Positions 41,483 to 50,767 of a stretch of 64,000 bases of DNA are shown here, piece by piece. Both the position numbers and the translations under genes were made by a program. Position 1 is the first letter of the stretch. The number at the start of each line of letters is the position of its first letter. Origin of the DNA: an uncultured Chloroflexia bacterium (GTDB lineage: Bacteria > Chloroflexota > Limnocylindria > Limnocylindrales > CSP1-4); contig CAVPPB010000003.1 in the NCBI GenBank assembly GCA_963707215.1, forward strand, positions 1,536,001 to 1,600,000. The letters are read 5' to 3'. The notes beneath the pieces are model-generated. The model saw only the letters and a list, made by a program, of their open reading frames with translations. It had not been told where the DNA came from and ran no database searches.

Positions 41483-41916
41483 GCCCCGCGCTCGGCAGGG
41501 TGGGCATCCGGGGCCACGCCGGCGGCAGCTTCGTCCTGGGTCGGCTGGATGCCTGCCTCGACGAGGGCCTTCTTGAGGGTGTCGTAACTGAGCATCGCGC
41601 ACTTGAGCCGGGCCGGGCTGATCTCGATCCCCAGCAGGTCGAGGAGATCGTCGGCCCGGAAGGCGGCCACGTCGGCGACCGGCTTGCCCTTGATCTCGTC
41701 GGTCAGAAGGGAGGCGCTGGCCTGGCTGATGGCACAGCCGCGCCCGGTGAAGCCGACCTGGTCGACGACCCCGTCGGTGACGTGGATCTGGAGGGTGATC
41801 CGGTCACCGCAGAGCGGGTTGTTGCCCTCGATGCTCGCCGACGGCTCCTCCAGCACCCCGAAGTTGTGGGGCCGCCGGTAGTGCTCCAGGATGTAGTCGC
41901 GGTAGAGGTCGTCCAC
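41479..41916 (-). CDS. sufU: SUF system NifU-family Fe-S assembly protein
   Basis: DDLYRDYILEHY..P.NFG, NPLCGD, GRGCAISQASASL, RLKCAML. Confidence 0.93.
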   Translation of the reverse strand: MDDLYRDYILEHYRRPHNFGVLEEPSASIEGNNPLCGDRITLQIHVTDGVVDQVGFTGRGCAISQASASLLTDEIKGKPVADVAAFRADDLLDLLGIEISPARLKCAMLSYDTLKKALVEAGIQPTQDEAAAGVAPDAHPAERGA

Positions 41917-41954
41917 GGTTCCCTGTGCTGTCGATCCGGCCGCTGTGGCCAGGG

Positions 41955-41981
41955 TAATCCCGACCGAATGCGTCGGGATTA
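41955..41981. promoter_or_regulatory. Rrf2/IscR-type palindromic operator upstream of sufU
   Basis: TAATCCCGAC-cgaatgc-GTCGGGATTA, a perfect 10-bp inverted repeat immediately downstream of a TAGCAT -10 box on the minus strand. Confidence 0.75.
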
Positions 41982-44900
41982 GGATGCTAGTCCCGGGGGC
42001 GGGGTCGCGTCAACGGCAGAGGACCCGACCGGTGCCGCACGTCTCGGATCCTCCAGCGCGGCCGCAGGTCCGGCCACAGGCGGCCCGGCCATCGCCATGT
42101 CGAGGCGATCGAGCCATGGCCGGGCCTCGACCCGCTCGAAGACAGCGTGCGCCTCCTCGGCGATCGCCCGGACGGCCGGATCACCGGCGCCGACGAGTGT
42201 GACGAGCGTCGTCGACTCCAGCGCCGCTTCGAAGTCCTCGCCTCGCTCGAGCATCCGACGGATAGCATCGCGATAGGCGGCGACGGCCTCCTGCCCGCGC
42301 CCCTCGAGCGCGGCGACCCCGCCGTTCGCGGCGGCCCGATAGAGCTGCAGGTCCGTGCTGCTCCCCGGGAGCTGGTCGAAGCGAGCCGCCACCCGGCGGG
42401 CACGGTCGATATCGCCCGCCCAGAGCGCCGCCCGGCCGGCGACGCGCAGGCAGACGTGGGCGAACGCTGAGAACAGATCGACAGCGCCGAAGGCCTCGTC
42501 GAAGGCCTTGTCGAGATCACCGGCCTCGATCAGCCGGAGGGCTCGAAGGATGAGGAGGACCTGTGCATCACCCGGGTCGGTGGCGTCCTGGAGCAGCGCC
42601 TCGAGCCGGTCCATGGACTCGCCGACCGGGTCGCCTCGATGGATGCGCAGGAGGGTGACGTAGGTCAGGATCCGCTGCTCGTCACTGGGGTCGCTGATCG
42701 CCGAGAGTGCTTCCTCGCCGGCAGCGATCGCGCCATCCCAGTCGTCGCCGGCCGCGAACGACGCGACCATGACGTTCGATACGAGCCAGTTGGCCATCAT
42801 CCGGTGGCCGACCCTGCGAGCGAGGGCGAGAGCGTCGATCCCGACCTGCTGCGACCGCCGCGGGTCATCGCCGCTCACGATCGAGCCGAGATTGGCCAGG
42901 GCGCGGAGCTCGGCCCCGACGAATCCTCCTTCCCGGGCGGCCCGGACCGCCGCCTCCAGCAGCGCGGCGGCTTCCCGCCGACGCCCGAGATATCCCAGGG
43001 CCGAGCCCTTGTTGTTGAACGTCTCGGCCACGACCAGCTCGAGATCGAGCCGCTCCGCGATGGCGAGCGCCCGGTCGGCGACCTCGATGGCTCGAGCCGA
43101 CTCGTCCGCCCGCATCAGCGCCCGCGACAAATTCGAGAGCACCTCCGCGCGGACCACCGGGTCGGCGTCCTCGGTCAGGTCCCCGAGGGTCGCTTCGAGC
43201 ATGACCCTCGCCTCGGCGATCCGCGACGCGTCGAGCAGGATCGCGCCATGCAGCGCCCGGGCCCGGGCGGCATCCATCTGATTGCCGGCGGCTTCGTAGG
43301 TCGCGGCCGCACCCTCGGCGAAGGCCATGGCCTCGGCGTAGCTCGAGCCGGCATCAGCGGAACGGGCGGCCCGGAGCATGAGCTTGGCCCGCTCAAGCCC
43401 TTCCGGGGTCACCTCGAGCGCCTGCTGGAGATGGGCGACGGCCTGCTGGTGGGCGCCCAGCGTGGCCGCTCGCTCGGCGGCTGCCCGGAGGGCGATCCGG
43501 GCCTGGCCTGCGACGGCATCGGCCTCGGGTCCGGGACTCGAGGCCCGGTGCGCGTCGAGATAGTGCGAGGCCAGCGCCCCGGCGAACTCCTCGTCGCCGA
43601 GCGTCTCGTACCAACGGGCCACGGCCAGGTGTCGGTCGCGGCGGTCGCGCCTGGCGAGGGTCCCGTACGCCACCTCGCGGATGAGCGATTGGACGAAGGC
43701 GTACTGGCCGCGCTCGGGCGAGCGCGGATCGGCCTCCAGCGAGAGCAGCTCGCGGCGGACGAGGGTGGCCAGCCGCGGCTCGAGATCGGCGACGTCGTCG
43801 CCGGTCGTGGAGGCCAGGCCCTCGAGCGTGAAGGTCTGCCCGAGCACCGACGCCGCCTGGACGAGCGCTCGGTCGGCTGCCTCCAGCGCATCGAGCCGGG
43901 AGGCGATGAGCGATCGGAGGGTGTCCGGGATCGCCAGGTTCGCCAGGTCGCCGACCGGCCGGTATGCCCCGTCGGTCATGGCCAGGCGTCCGTCGGCGAC
44001 GAGCGAGCGGACCGTCTCGACCGCGTACAGGGGGATCCCGTCGGCACGGTCGAGGATGGCGTCGGCGGCCGAGTCCGGGAGGCCTGGGACGAAGCCGTCG
44101 AGGAGCTCGTGCATCGCCTCATGCGAGAGCGGCTCCAGAGCCAGCGTCGTCAGGTTGCGCGCCGCCGAGCCCCAGCCGGCCCGACGTTCGAGCAGCTCCG
44201 GGCGAGCGAGCGTCACGACCAGGATCGGCGCGTTCCGCGACCAGGTCAGCAAGTGCTCGATGAAGTCGAGGAGTCCGGTGTCGGCCCACTGGAGGTCCTC
44301 GAACAGGAGGATCGTCGTGCCCTGGTCGGCGATCCGCTCGAAGAAGATGCGCCAGGCGGCGAACAGGACGTCGCGACCACCGGCCGGCGCCGGCTCCAGG
44401 CCCAGGAGCGTCAACAGGGCCGGCTCGACCCAGCGGCGGTCCTCGTCGGTCTGGACGTGATCGGCGACCGTCGCCGCGATCCGCTCTCGGGTCGTCGCCT
44501 CGTCGTCGGTCTCGGCCAGGCCCGCCCGGCGGCGGACCATCTCGCCCAGGGCCCAGAAGCTGATCCCCTCGCCGTATGACGGGGAGCGGCCGCGGTGCCA
44601 CCAGAGCGTCTCCGACACCCCGTCGGCGTACTTCTCGAACTCCCAGGCCAGCCGGCTCTTGCCGATGCCGCCGGGGCCGGTGATCGAGACGAGCCGGGCC
44701 TTGCGATCGCGGCCGGTGGCCGTGAGCTGGTCCTTGAGGAGCCGGAGCTCCTCATCACGACCGACGAAGGGCGGCTCCGGGAGGTCCGAGCGGCCGCGGC
44801 CGCCGCGCTCGGCGACGACCCGGAGCGCCCGCCAGGCCGGCACCGGCGCGGCCTTGCCCTTGAGGAGCTGCTCGCCGGCCTCCTCGAAGGCGATGGCCGA

Positions 44901-45575
44901 GCTCGCCGCCCGCTGGGTCGTCTCGCCGACCAGGACCGTGCCCGGCGGTGCGACAGACTGGAGACGGGCGGCCGTGTTGACGAGATCCCCGGCGACGAGG
45001 CCCTGGTTCGTCGCCCCGATCGTCACCGCGGCCTCCCCGGTCAGGACGCCGCAGCGGGCCTGGATCGTGGGGCCGAGGGCGCGGACGGCATCGGCAAGCT
45101 CGAGCGCGGCCCGGACGGCCCGCTCGGCATCATCCTCCTGGGCGACCGGGGCACCCCAGACTGCCATGACCGCGTCGCCGATGAACTTCTCGACCGTCCC
45201 GCCGTAGCGCTCGATGGTCTCGCGGCCGAGGTCGAAGTAGCGGGTCAGGAGCTCGCGGACCTCCTCGGGGTCCTTCTCCTCGGCAAACGGGGTGAACCCG
45301 ACCAGGTCGGCGAAGAGGACGCTGACGAGACGGCGCTCGGCGACGGGCGCGGTCCCGGAGGTCCGCCCGGTGCCCGCTCCGCCGGCCGTTCCCGCGCCGC
45401 CGGCCGTCGCCGGTGCGTCGGCACCCGGGAGCAGCGTGGCGCACTCGCCACAGAACTTCTCGCCGGGCTGGTTGGCGGCCCCGCAGGTCGGGCAGGTGAC
45501 CGCGAGCGGCGCGGCGCACTCGGAGCAGAACTTCCGCCCCGCTCGGTTCGCCATGCCGCAGTTGCCACAGATCAT
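41979..45575 (-). CDS. STAND-type class III nucleotide cyclase (double zinc ribbon + cyclase + AAA ATPase + TPR), paralog of 23739..27302
   Basis: CGNCG..FCSEC..CPTCG..FCGEC; ERRLVSVLFADLVGFT, EKFIGDAVMA, GDLVNTAARLQ; GPGGIGKS; LLFEDLQWAD. Confidence 0.92.
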   Translation of the reverse strand: MICGNCGMANRAGRKFCSECAAPLAVTCPTCGAANQPGEKFCGECATLLPGADAPATAGGAGTAGGAGTGRTSGTAPVAERRLVSVLFADLVGFTPFAEEKDPEEVRELLTRYFDLGRETIERYGGTVEKFIGDAVMAVWGAPVAQEDDAERAVRAALELADAVRALGPTIQARCGVLTGEAAVTIGATNQGLVAGDLVNTAARLQSVAPPGTVLVGETTQRAASSAIAFEEAGEQLLKGKAAPVPAWRALRVVAERGGRGRSDLPEPPFVGRDEELRLLKDQLTATGRDRKARLVSITGPGGIGKSRLAWEFEKYADGVSETLWWHRGRSPSYGEGISFWALGEMVRRRAGLAETDDEATTRERIAATVADHVQTDEDRRWVEPALLTLLGLEPAPAGGRDVLFAAWRIFFERIADQGTTILLFEDLQWADTGLLDFIEHLLTWSRNAPILVVTLARPELLERRAGWGSAARNLTTLALEPLSHEAMHELLDGFVPGLPDSAADAILDRADGIPLYAVETVRSLVADGRLAMTDGAYRPVGDLANLAIPDTLRSLIASRLDALEAADRALVQAASVLGQTFTLEGLASTTGDDVADLEPRLATLVRRELLSLEADPRSPERGQYAFVQSLIREVAYGTLARRDRRDRHLAVARWYETLGDEEFAGALASHYLDAHRASSPGPEADAVAGQARIALRAAAERAATLGAHQQAVAHLQQALEVTPEGLERAKLMLRAARSADAGSSYAEAMAFAEGAAATYEAAGNQMDAARARALHGAILLDASRIAEARVMLEATLGDLTEDADPVVRAEVLSNLSRALMRADESARAIEVADRALAIAERLDLELVVAETFNNKGSALGYLGRRREAAALLEAAVRAAREGGFVGAELRALANLGSIVSGDDPRRSQQVGIDALALARRVGHRMMANWLVSNVMVASFAAGDDWDGAIAAGEEALSAISDPSDEQRILTYVTLLRIHRGDPVGESMDRLEALLQDATDPGDAQVLLILRALRLIEAGDLDKAFDEAFGAVDLFSAFAHVCLRVAGRAALWAGDIDRARRVAARFDQLPGSSTDLQLYRAAANGGVAALEGRGQEAVAAYRDAIRRMLERGEDFEAALESTTLVTLVGAGDPAVRAIAEEAHAVFERVEARPWLDRLDMAMAGPPVAGPAAALEDPRRAAPVGSSAVDATPPPGLAS

Positions 45576-45789
45576 CTGGCCCCTCCCGTGGAGTGCGAAG
45601 GGTAGCGGCTGAGGGCGGGCCGGGCCAGCCCGGGTGATCCGGCCACCCGGCCGCGTGGTCCGGCGAACCGCTCGACGGGCAGAGGGCAGGGCGGCGGGCA
45701 GCTCCTTGGCGGGGTTGCCCGTCTACGCATGCCGCCGGGGCGGTCACGGTGGCGTCCCGCGCTGACGTCCAAGGCGCTCAGCGCGACAT

Positions 45790-45955
45790 CTGTCGGGTAC
45801 CAGTCACGCTGGTGCTATCGCGGATCGGTGACGGTCCCCCGGTGAAAGCACCGCGGTGCCAGCGTGGGCGTCCCGCATGGCACCAGCTCCACTGGTGCCG
45901 CACAAGGATCGCCGCCCGGGGACGGCATAGCACCAGCCCCGCTGGTACGGCACAG
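45790..45955. repeat. three copies of palindrome GYACCAG-N5-CTGGTRC with conserved flanks
   Basis: Cores at 45797-45815, 45880-45898 and 45930-45948; copy 1 is inverted relative to copies 2 and 3. Confidence 0.75.
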
Positions 45956-46085
45956 GAGCCACCGCCTCGAGCGACCGCCACGGACGGGTGACCGTCAAGG
46001 ACGGGTGACCCCCAGTGTTGCGCAGACGGGCAACGGCGATGGACGTGCACCTCGGGCAGCGGCCGCTCGCCGACCATCCCCGACC

Positions 46086-47384
46086 CTATCCCCCGAAGAG
46101 GCGCTGGACCTCCTGCAGCCCGGCGACGAGGGCGTCGACGTCCTCGCGGGTCGAGTAGACGTTGAACGAGGCGCGGACCGTCGCGGAGAGGTCCAGTCGC
46201 TCGTGGAGGGGCATCGTGCAGTGGTGTCCCGCCCGGACGCACACCCCGGAGCGGTCCAGGACCTGGGCCACGTCGTGCGGATGGACGCCGGGGACGTTGA
46301 ACGGGATGACCCCGCTCCGGAGGTCGGGGTCCAGCGGGCCGTACAGCTCGATCCCGGGCACGTCGCGCGCCAGCACGTCGAGCGCATAGGCGACGAGCTC
46401 TCGCTCGTGCTCGCGGACCCTGTCCATGCCGACCGCCATCAGGTACTCCGCGGCCGCCCCCAGCCCGATCGCCGCTGCGATATCCGGCGTCCCGGCCTCG
46501 AACTTCCAGGGCACGTCGTGCCACTCGGACCGCCGGAGGTGGACCTCGCGGATCATCTCACCGCCACCCATGAATGGCGGCATCGTCTCGAGCAGTTCCT
46601 TCCGTGCCCAGAGGGCACCGGAGCCGGTCGGCCCGAGCATCTTGTGGCCGCTGAACACGTAGAAGTCGGCCCCCAGGGCCTGGACGTCGACCGGCAGGTG
46701 GGGAACGGCCTGGGCGCCGTCAACGAGGACGAGCGCCCCGGCGGCGTGGGCCCGATCGACGATCTCGCGAACCGGGTTGATCGTCCCCAGCGTGTTGCTG
46801 ACCTGGACGAAGGCCACGAGCTTGGGCTTGAGCCGCAGCAGGACGTCGAGGACGTCGAGCCGCAGGATCCCGTCGTCGGTCATCGGGATGAACTCGAGAT
46901 CGCCGTCCTGCTCCTGGACCAGGAGCTGCCAGGGCACCAGGTTGGCGTGGTGCTCCATCTCGGTCAGGACGATCGCGTCGCCGCGCCCGATGTTCCGACG
47001 ACCCCAGCTATGGGCGACCAGGTTGACCGCCTCGGTCGCGTTGCGGACCCAGACGATCTCGTGGGGATCCGGGGCGTTGACGAACCGGGCGACGGACGCT
47101 CGGGCCGACTCGTAGGCCGCGGTCGCCCGCTCGCCGATCGCGTAGATGCCGCGGTGGACGTTCGCGTTGTACTCGCGATAGTAGGTGTCCATCGCCTCGA
47201 TGACCGCCAGCGGCTTCTGGCTGGTCGCGGCCGAGTCGAGGTACACGAGCGGCTTCCCGTGGGCCGTCGTCCCGAGGATCGGGAAATCGGCCCGCAGGGC
47301 ATGGGGATCGAGTCGGGCTCCGGGCCCGGCGGGCTGCGCCGGTGTCGGGGTCGGGGAGTTCGCGGCTCGGGCCTCGACGGTCAT
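46086..47384 (-). CDS. sufS: SufS family cysteine desulfurase
   Basis: LVYLDSAATSQKP, ANVHRG, EMEHHANLVPWQ, DGAQAVPH, FSGHKM, FEAGTP, VRAGHHC. Confidence 0.95.
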   Translation of the reverse strand: MTVEARAANSPTPTPAQPAGPGARLDPHALRADFPILGTTAHGKPLVYLDSAATSQKPLAVIEAMDTYYREYNANVHRGIYAIGERATAAYESARASVARFVNAPDPHEIVWVRNATEAVNLVAHSWGRRNIGRGDAIVLTEMEHHANLVPWQLLVQEQDGDLEFIPMTDDGILRLDVLDVLLRLKPKLVAFVQVSNTLGTINPVREIVDRAHAAGALVLVDGAQAVPHLPVDVQALGADFYVFSGHKMLGPTGSGALWARKELLETMPPFMGGGEMIREVHLRRSEWHDVPWKFEAGTPDIAAAIGLGAAAEYLMAVGMDRVREHERELVAYALDVLARDVPGIELYGPLDPDLRSGVIPFNVPGVHPHDVAQVLDRSGVCVRAGHHCTMPLHERLDLSATVRASFNVYSTREDVDALVAGLQEVQRLFGG

Positions 47385-47417
47385 GGGACGGCGTAGCCTA
47401 GCGTGACCGGGCGGCCC

Positions 47418-48290
47418 TCAGCGGGCCACCTCGACCGGCTCCGGTGCGTGAGCGCTCAGCGCCTCGTCCGAGACGTCGGCCGCCAGCCCGTGCTCGTGGA
47501 GGACCGGGCCGTAGCCCTCGTCCTCGAGCCGCAGCGCGAGATCCCGTCCGCCGCTGGTGACGATCCGGCCCTGAGCCAGGACGTGGACCACGTCCGGCTT
47601 GATGTGGTTCAGCAGGCGCTGGTAGTGGGTGATGAGCAGGACGCCCATGTCCGGGTTGAGCATCGCGTTGACGCCCTCGGCGACGATCCGCAGGGCGTCG
47701 ATGTCGAGCCCCGAGTCGGTCTCGTCGAGGATCGCCATCTCGGGCTCGAGGACGGCCATCTGGAGCATCTCCAGGCGCTTCTTCTCGCCGCCCGAGAAGC
47801 CCTCGTTGACATACCGGGCGGCGAAGGCCTCGTCCATCTTGAGGAGGGCGAACTTGTCCCGGACCTTGCGCCGGAACTCGCCCATCGTGATCCCGCCGCG
47901 GGTCGGGTCGGTCGGGTCCACGTCGGGGTCCTTGTCGACGCCCTGGAGCTTGGCGTTGAGCGCCGAGCGCAGGAAGCTGGCGACGGAGAGGCCCGGGATC
48001 GCCGTCGGGTACTGGAAGGCCAGGAAGAGCCCCATCCGGGCCCGCTTGTCGGCCGAGAGGGCCAGGATGTCGACGCCCTTCCAGAGGACCTCGCCGCCCT
48101 GGACCTGGTAGGCCGGGTGGCCCATGAGGGCATACGCCAGCGTCGTCTTGCCCGAGCCGTTGGGGCCCATGATCGCGTGGACCTCGCCCTTGCGGACGGT
48201 CAGGTCGATGCCCTGGAGGATCGCCCGCTCGGGCTGGCCGGCGGGAGCGACCCGGAGGCCGCGGATGACGAGGTGCTGGTCGTTGCTCAC
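47418..48290 (-). CDS. sufC: Fe-S cluster assembly ATPase
   Basis: GEVHAIMGPNGSGKTT, GLFLAFQYP, NEGFSGGEKKR, ILDETDSGLDIDAL, ITHYQRLL. Confidence 0.95.
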   Translation of the reverse strand: MSNDQHLVIRGLRVAPAGQPERAILQGIDLTVRKGEVHAIMGPNGSGKTTLAYALMGHPAYQVQGGEVLWKGVDILALSADKRARMGLFLAFQYPTAIPGLSVASFLRSALNAKLQGVDKDPDVDPTDPTRGGITMGEFRRKVRDKFALLKMDEAFAARYVNEGFSGGEKKRLEMLQMAVLEPEMAILDETDSGLDIDALRIVAEGVNAMLNPDMGVLLITHYQRLLNHIKPDVVHVLAQGRIVTSGGRDLALRLEDEGYGPVLHEHGLAADVSDEALSAHAPEPVEVAR

Positions 48291-48319
48291 GGTCGGTCGG
48301 TTCTCCTGGTGGCGGGGCG

Positions 48320-48853
48320 TCAGGCGGTGACCGCCTCACGGGGAGTGGTCGGATGCTGGCCGTTGTCGGACGTCCGGTTGGCGAGGCCCTCAAGGGCGAT
48401 CGCCCGGGACGGGACGAGGTCGGCCAGGGTGATGGAATCGAGCGATTCGGCGATCGCGTCACGGATCCTGATCCATAGCAGGTTGACCGTGCAGCGCGAC
48501 GTCCGGTCGCAGCCGGGCAGGTGGTCCGGCTCCTCGGAGGCGCAGACCATCGGGGCGATGGGGCCCTCCAGGGCCCGGAGGACATCAGCCATCGGGATGT
48601 CGCCCGGTGGTCGCGAAAGCTGGTAGCCGCCGCGCGCGCCCCTCGTGCTTGCGACCAGACCAGCGTCGCGGAGGGCGATGGCCAGCTGCTCGAGGTACGG
48701 GCGTGGCAGGTCCTCGTCGCCGGCGATCTCGGTCAGGGATGCCGGACCGGATCCGTAGCGACGGCCGAGCTGGACCATGAGCCGCACGCCGTACTCGCCC
48801 TTCGTGCTGAAGGCGAGTGCTCCGGTGCCGTGGTACGTCTGGCGCTGGCTCAA
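48320..48853 (-). CDS. Rrf2 family transcriptional regulator (IscR-like, 3 Cys); start uncertain (TTG 48853 or 48883)
   Basis: FSTKGEYG, YLEQL, GLVASTRGARGGYQL, LEG..C-x10-C-x5-C..W..L..ITLADL. Confidence 0.9.
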   Translation of the reverse strand: MSQRQTYHGTGALAFSTKGEYGVRLMVQLGRRYGSGPASLTEIAGDEDLPRPYLEQLAIALRDAGLVASTRGARGGYQLSRPPGDIPMADVLRALEGPIAPMVCASEEPDHLPGCDRTSRCTVNLLWIRIRDAIAESLDSITLADLVPSRAIALEGLANRTSDNGQHPTTPREAVTA

Positions 48854-48894
48854 GGACCGGGATCTCCAGGACAGGGTGACCAAGACGCTCGGTC

Positions 48895-48919
48895 AATCCC
48901 GACGGATCTTGTCGGGATT
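48895..48919. promoter_or_regulatory. Rrf2/IscR-type palindromic operator upstream of rrf2-sufC-sufS (autoregulation)
   Basis: AATCCCGAC-ggatctt-GTCGGGATT, a perfect 9-bp inverted repeat adjacent to a TAGACT -10 box on the minus strand. Confidence 0.8.
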
Positions 48920-49050
48920 AAGTCTAGGGCGGGTCCGGCGGTGCGTCAATCAAGGCACGCCCGAAGGGATGGCCCGGGCAGGGACTTCCGTACCGGGGGC
49001 GGGAGGTGGTCGGAGAGGTACACAGAGGGTCGTTGGGAGGATGTCCCGCC

Positions 49051-50667
49051 ATGTCGACATCGCAGCGCCGTCGTCTTGACCAGCACGACGCGCGCGCCAT
49101 CGAGCGACCCGCGATCCTCGGGCTGCTGATCGCCTACGTCACCGGCTTTGGTGCCTTGGCGGCAGTCGGCGCCTGGGTCGCCCTGAGCACGACCCAGGAT
49201 CGGGCCCAGGTCGCACCGATGGTCGCCGGCGGGCTCGGCGCCCTGGCCGGCATCGTGGGCCTCACGCTCGTCATCGTGGCCTGGCGGATCCACCGACGGT
49301 CGTCTGCCCTCGCGGGCGAGCTCGCCGACATGCGCGCGGCGTACGACCGCGCGCGTCTGGACGCGCTCATCGATGGACTGACCGGGCTGGGCAACCATCG
49401 CGGATTCCAGGAGGAGCTGGATGCCCGGATCGCGGTGGCCCGGGACGAGGGGACGCCGGTCGCCCTGCTGATGCTCGACGTGGATGACCTGAAGAGGACG
49501 AACGAGCGTCGAGGTCACACGGCCGGCGACGAGGTGCTACAGACCGTCTCGCTGATCCTCCGGGCCAGCGCGCGACGGGGCGATCGGGCCTTCCGGATCG
49601 GCGGTGACGAGTTCGCCATGTTGCTGCCGAACACGGATCTCGCGGCCGCCGACCTGCAGGCCCGCCAGATCCTGGCGGCCGCCCTGAGCGGCAACCACGG
49701 CAGTGGCGGGCCGGTCTCGCTGACCATCGGGGTGAGCGCCTTCCCCGAACCGAGCGGCGGGCGCCAGCCGCTGATGATCCATGCCGAGGCAGCGCTGCAC
49801 TCGGGCAAGCGGCACGGCCGGACGATCGTCGAGCGGTTCGACCCGGGACGCCATGGCATCGCCGACGACACGCGTTCCCTGGTCGAGCTGGAAGAGTCGG
49901 TCGCCCGGGTCGCCGAGGGCGACCTGCTCCGGCCCGTCTACCAGCCCATCGTCTCGCTCGCCACCGGCCACGTCATCGGCTTCGAGGGCCTCGTCCGCCT
50001 CTCGGCCGACGCGCCGTTCAGCGACCCGTCGAGCCTCTTCGTTGCCGCCGAGGCGACGCGCCGGACGATCGAGATCGACATCGTCGCCGCGAGCACCGTG
50101 CTCGCCGGCGCGACCGGGCTGCGGCCGACGGACTACCTCGCTGTCAACCTCTCGCCCCGGACCCTCGAGGCTGATGCCTTCAGCCCGCTCGAGATCCTGG
50201 CCCTGGCCCGCCGCCACGGCATCGCCCCGACGCAGCTCGTCGTGGAGCTCACCGAACGCGAAGCCGTGGAGGACCTGGAGCGCCTGCGGGCGGCCGTCGG
50301 GACGCTCCGGCGCCACGGCGTCCAGGTGGCGATCGACGACGTCGGAGCGGGCAACGCCGGGCTCCGGCTCATGAGTTCGATCGACTTCGACATCATGAAG
50401 ATCGACCTGTCGCTCGTGCGGGCCGCAGCCAGCAACGAGCCCTCGGAGGCCGTCCTGCGGGCCCTCGGGCGGATGGCCGAGGAGCGCGGCCGGCGGATCG
50501 TCGCCGAGGGCATCGAGACGACCGACCACCTCGAGGCCGTCCTCGAGCTCCGCTACCACGCGGGCCAGGGCTACCTCCTTGGACGGCCCGGCCCGGCACT
50601 GGTGACCGACCGGGTGCCGCTCTTCGACCTGGTCGCGGACGAGACCGGAGCGGTCCCCGCCGCCTGA
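49051..50667 (+). CDS. membrane-bound GGDEF-EAL diguanylate cyclase/phosphodiesterase
   Basis: 2 TM; DGLTGLGNHR, LDVDDLK, I-site RRGD, RIGGDEF; YQPI, EGLVR, AIDDVGAG, KID, VAEGIET, GQGYLLGRP. Confidence 0.93.
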   Translation: MSTSQRRRLDQHDARAIERPAILGLLIAYVTGFGALAAVGAWVALSTTQDRAQVAPMVAGGLGALAGIVGLTLVIVAWRIHRRSSALAGELADMRAAYDRARLDALIDGLTGLGNHRGFQEELDARIAVARDEGTPVALLMLDVDDLKRTNERRGHTAGDEVLQTVSLILRASARRGDRAFRIGGDEFAMLLPNTDLAAADLQARQILAAALSGNHGSGGPVSLTIGVSAFPEPSGGRQPLMIHAEAALHSGKRHGRTIVERFDPGRHGIADDTRSLVELEESVARVAEGDLLRPVYQPIVSLATGHVIGFEGLVRLSADAPFSDPSSLFVAAEATRRTIEIDIVAASTVLAGATGLRPTDYLAVNLSPRTLEADAFSPLEILALARRHGIAPTQLVVELTEREAVEDLERLRAAVGTLRRHGVQVAIDDVGAGNAGLRLMSSIDFDIMKIDLSLVRAAASNEPSEAVLRALGRMAEERGRRIVAEGIETTDHLEAVLELRYHAGQGYLLGRPGPALVTDRVPLFDLVADETGAVPAA

Positions 50668-50720
50668 GGCCCCGGGGGCCGCGACTCCGGCCCCGGGCCG
50701 GGCCCGTACCAGGCATGCGA

Positions 50721-50747
50721 ACGGCCCCGGCGATGCGCCGGGGCCGT
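50721..50747. terminator. GC-rich hairpin between convergent genes (probable terminator)
   Basis: ACGGCCCCGGCG-ATG-CGCCGGGGCCGT. Confidence 0.55.
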
Positions 50748-50767
50748 CGAGCGCGGGTCGCGCGCCG

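Noticed and set aside
45790-45955. Possible mini CRISPR array
   Set aside because: Only three degenerate copies, one inverted, with irregular spacing and no cas genes.
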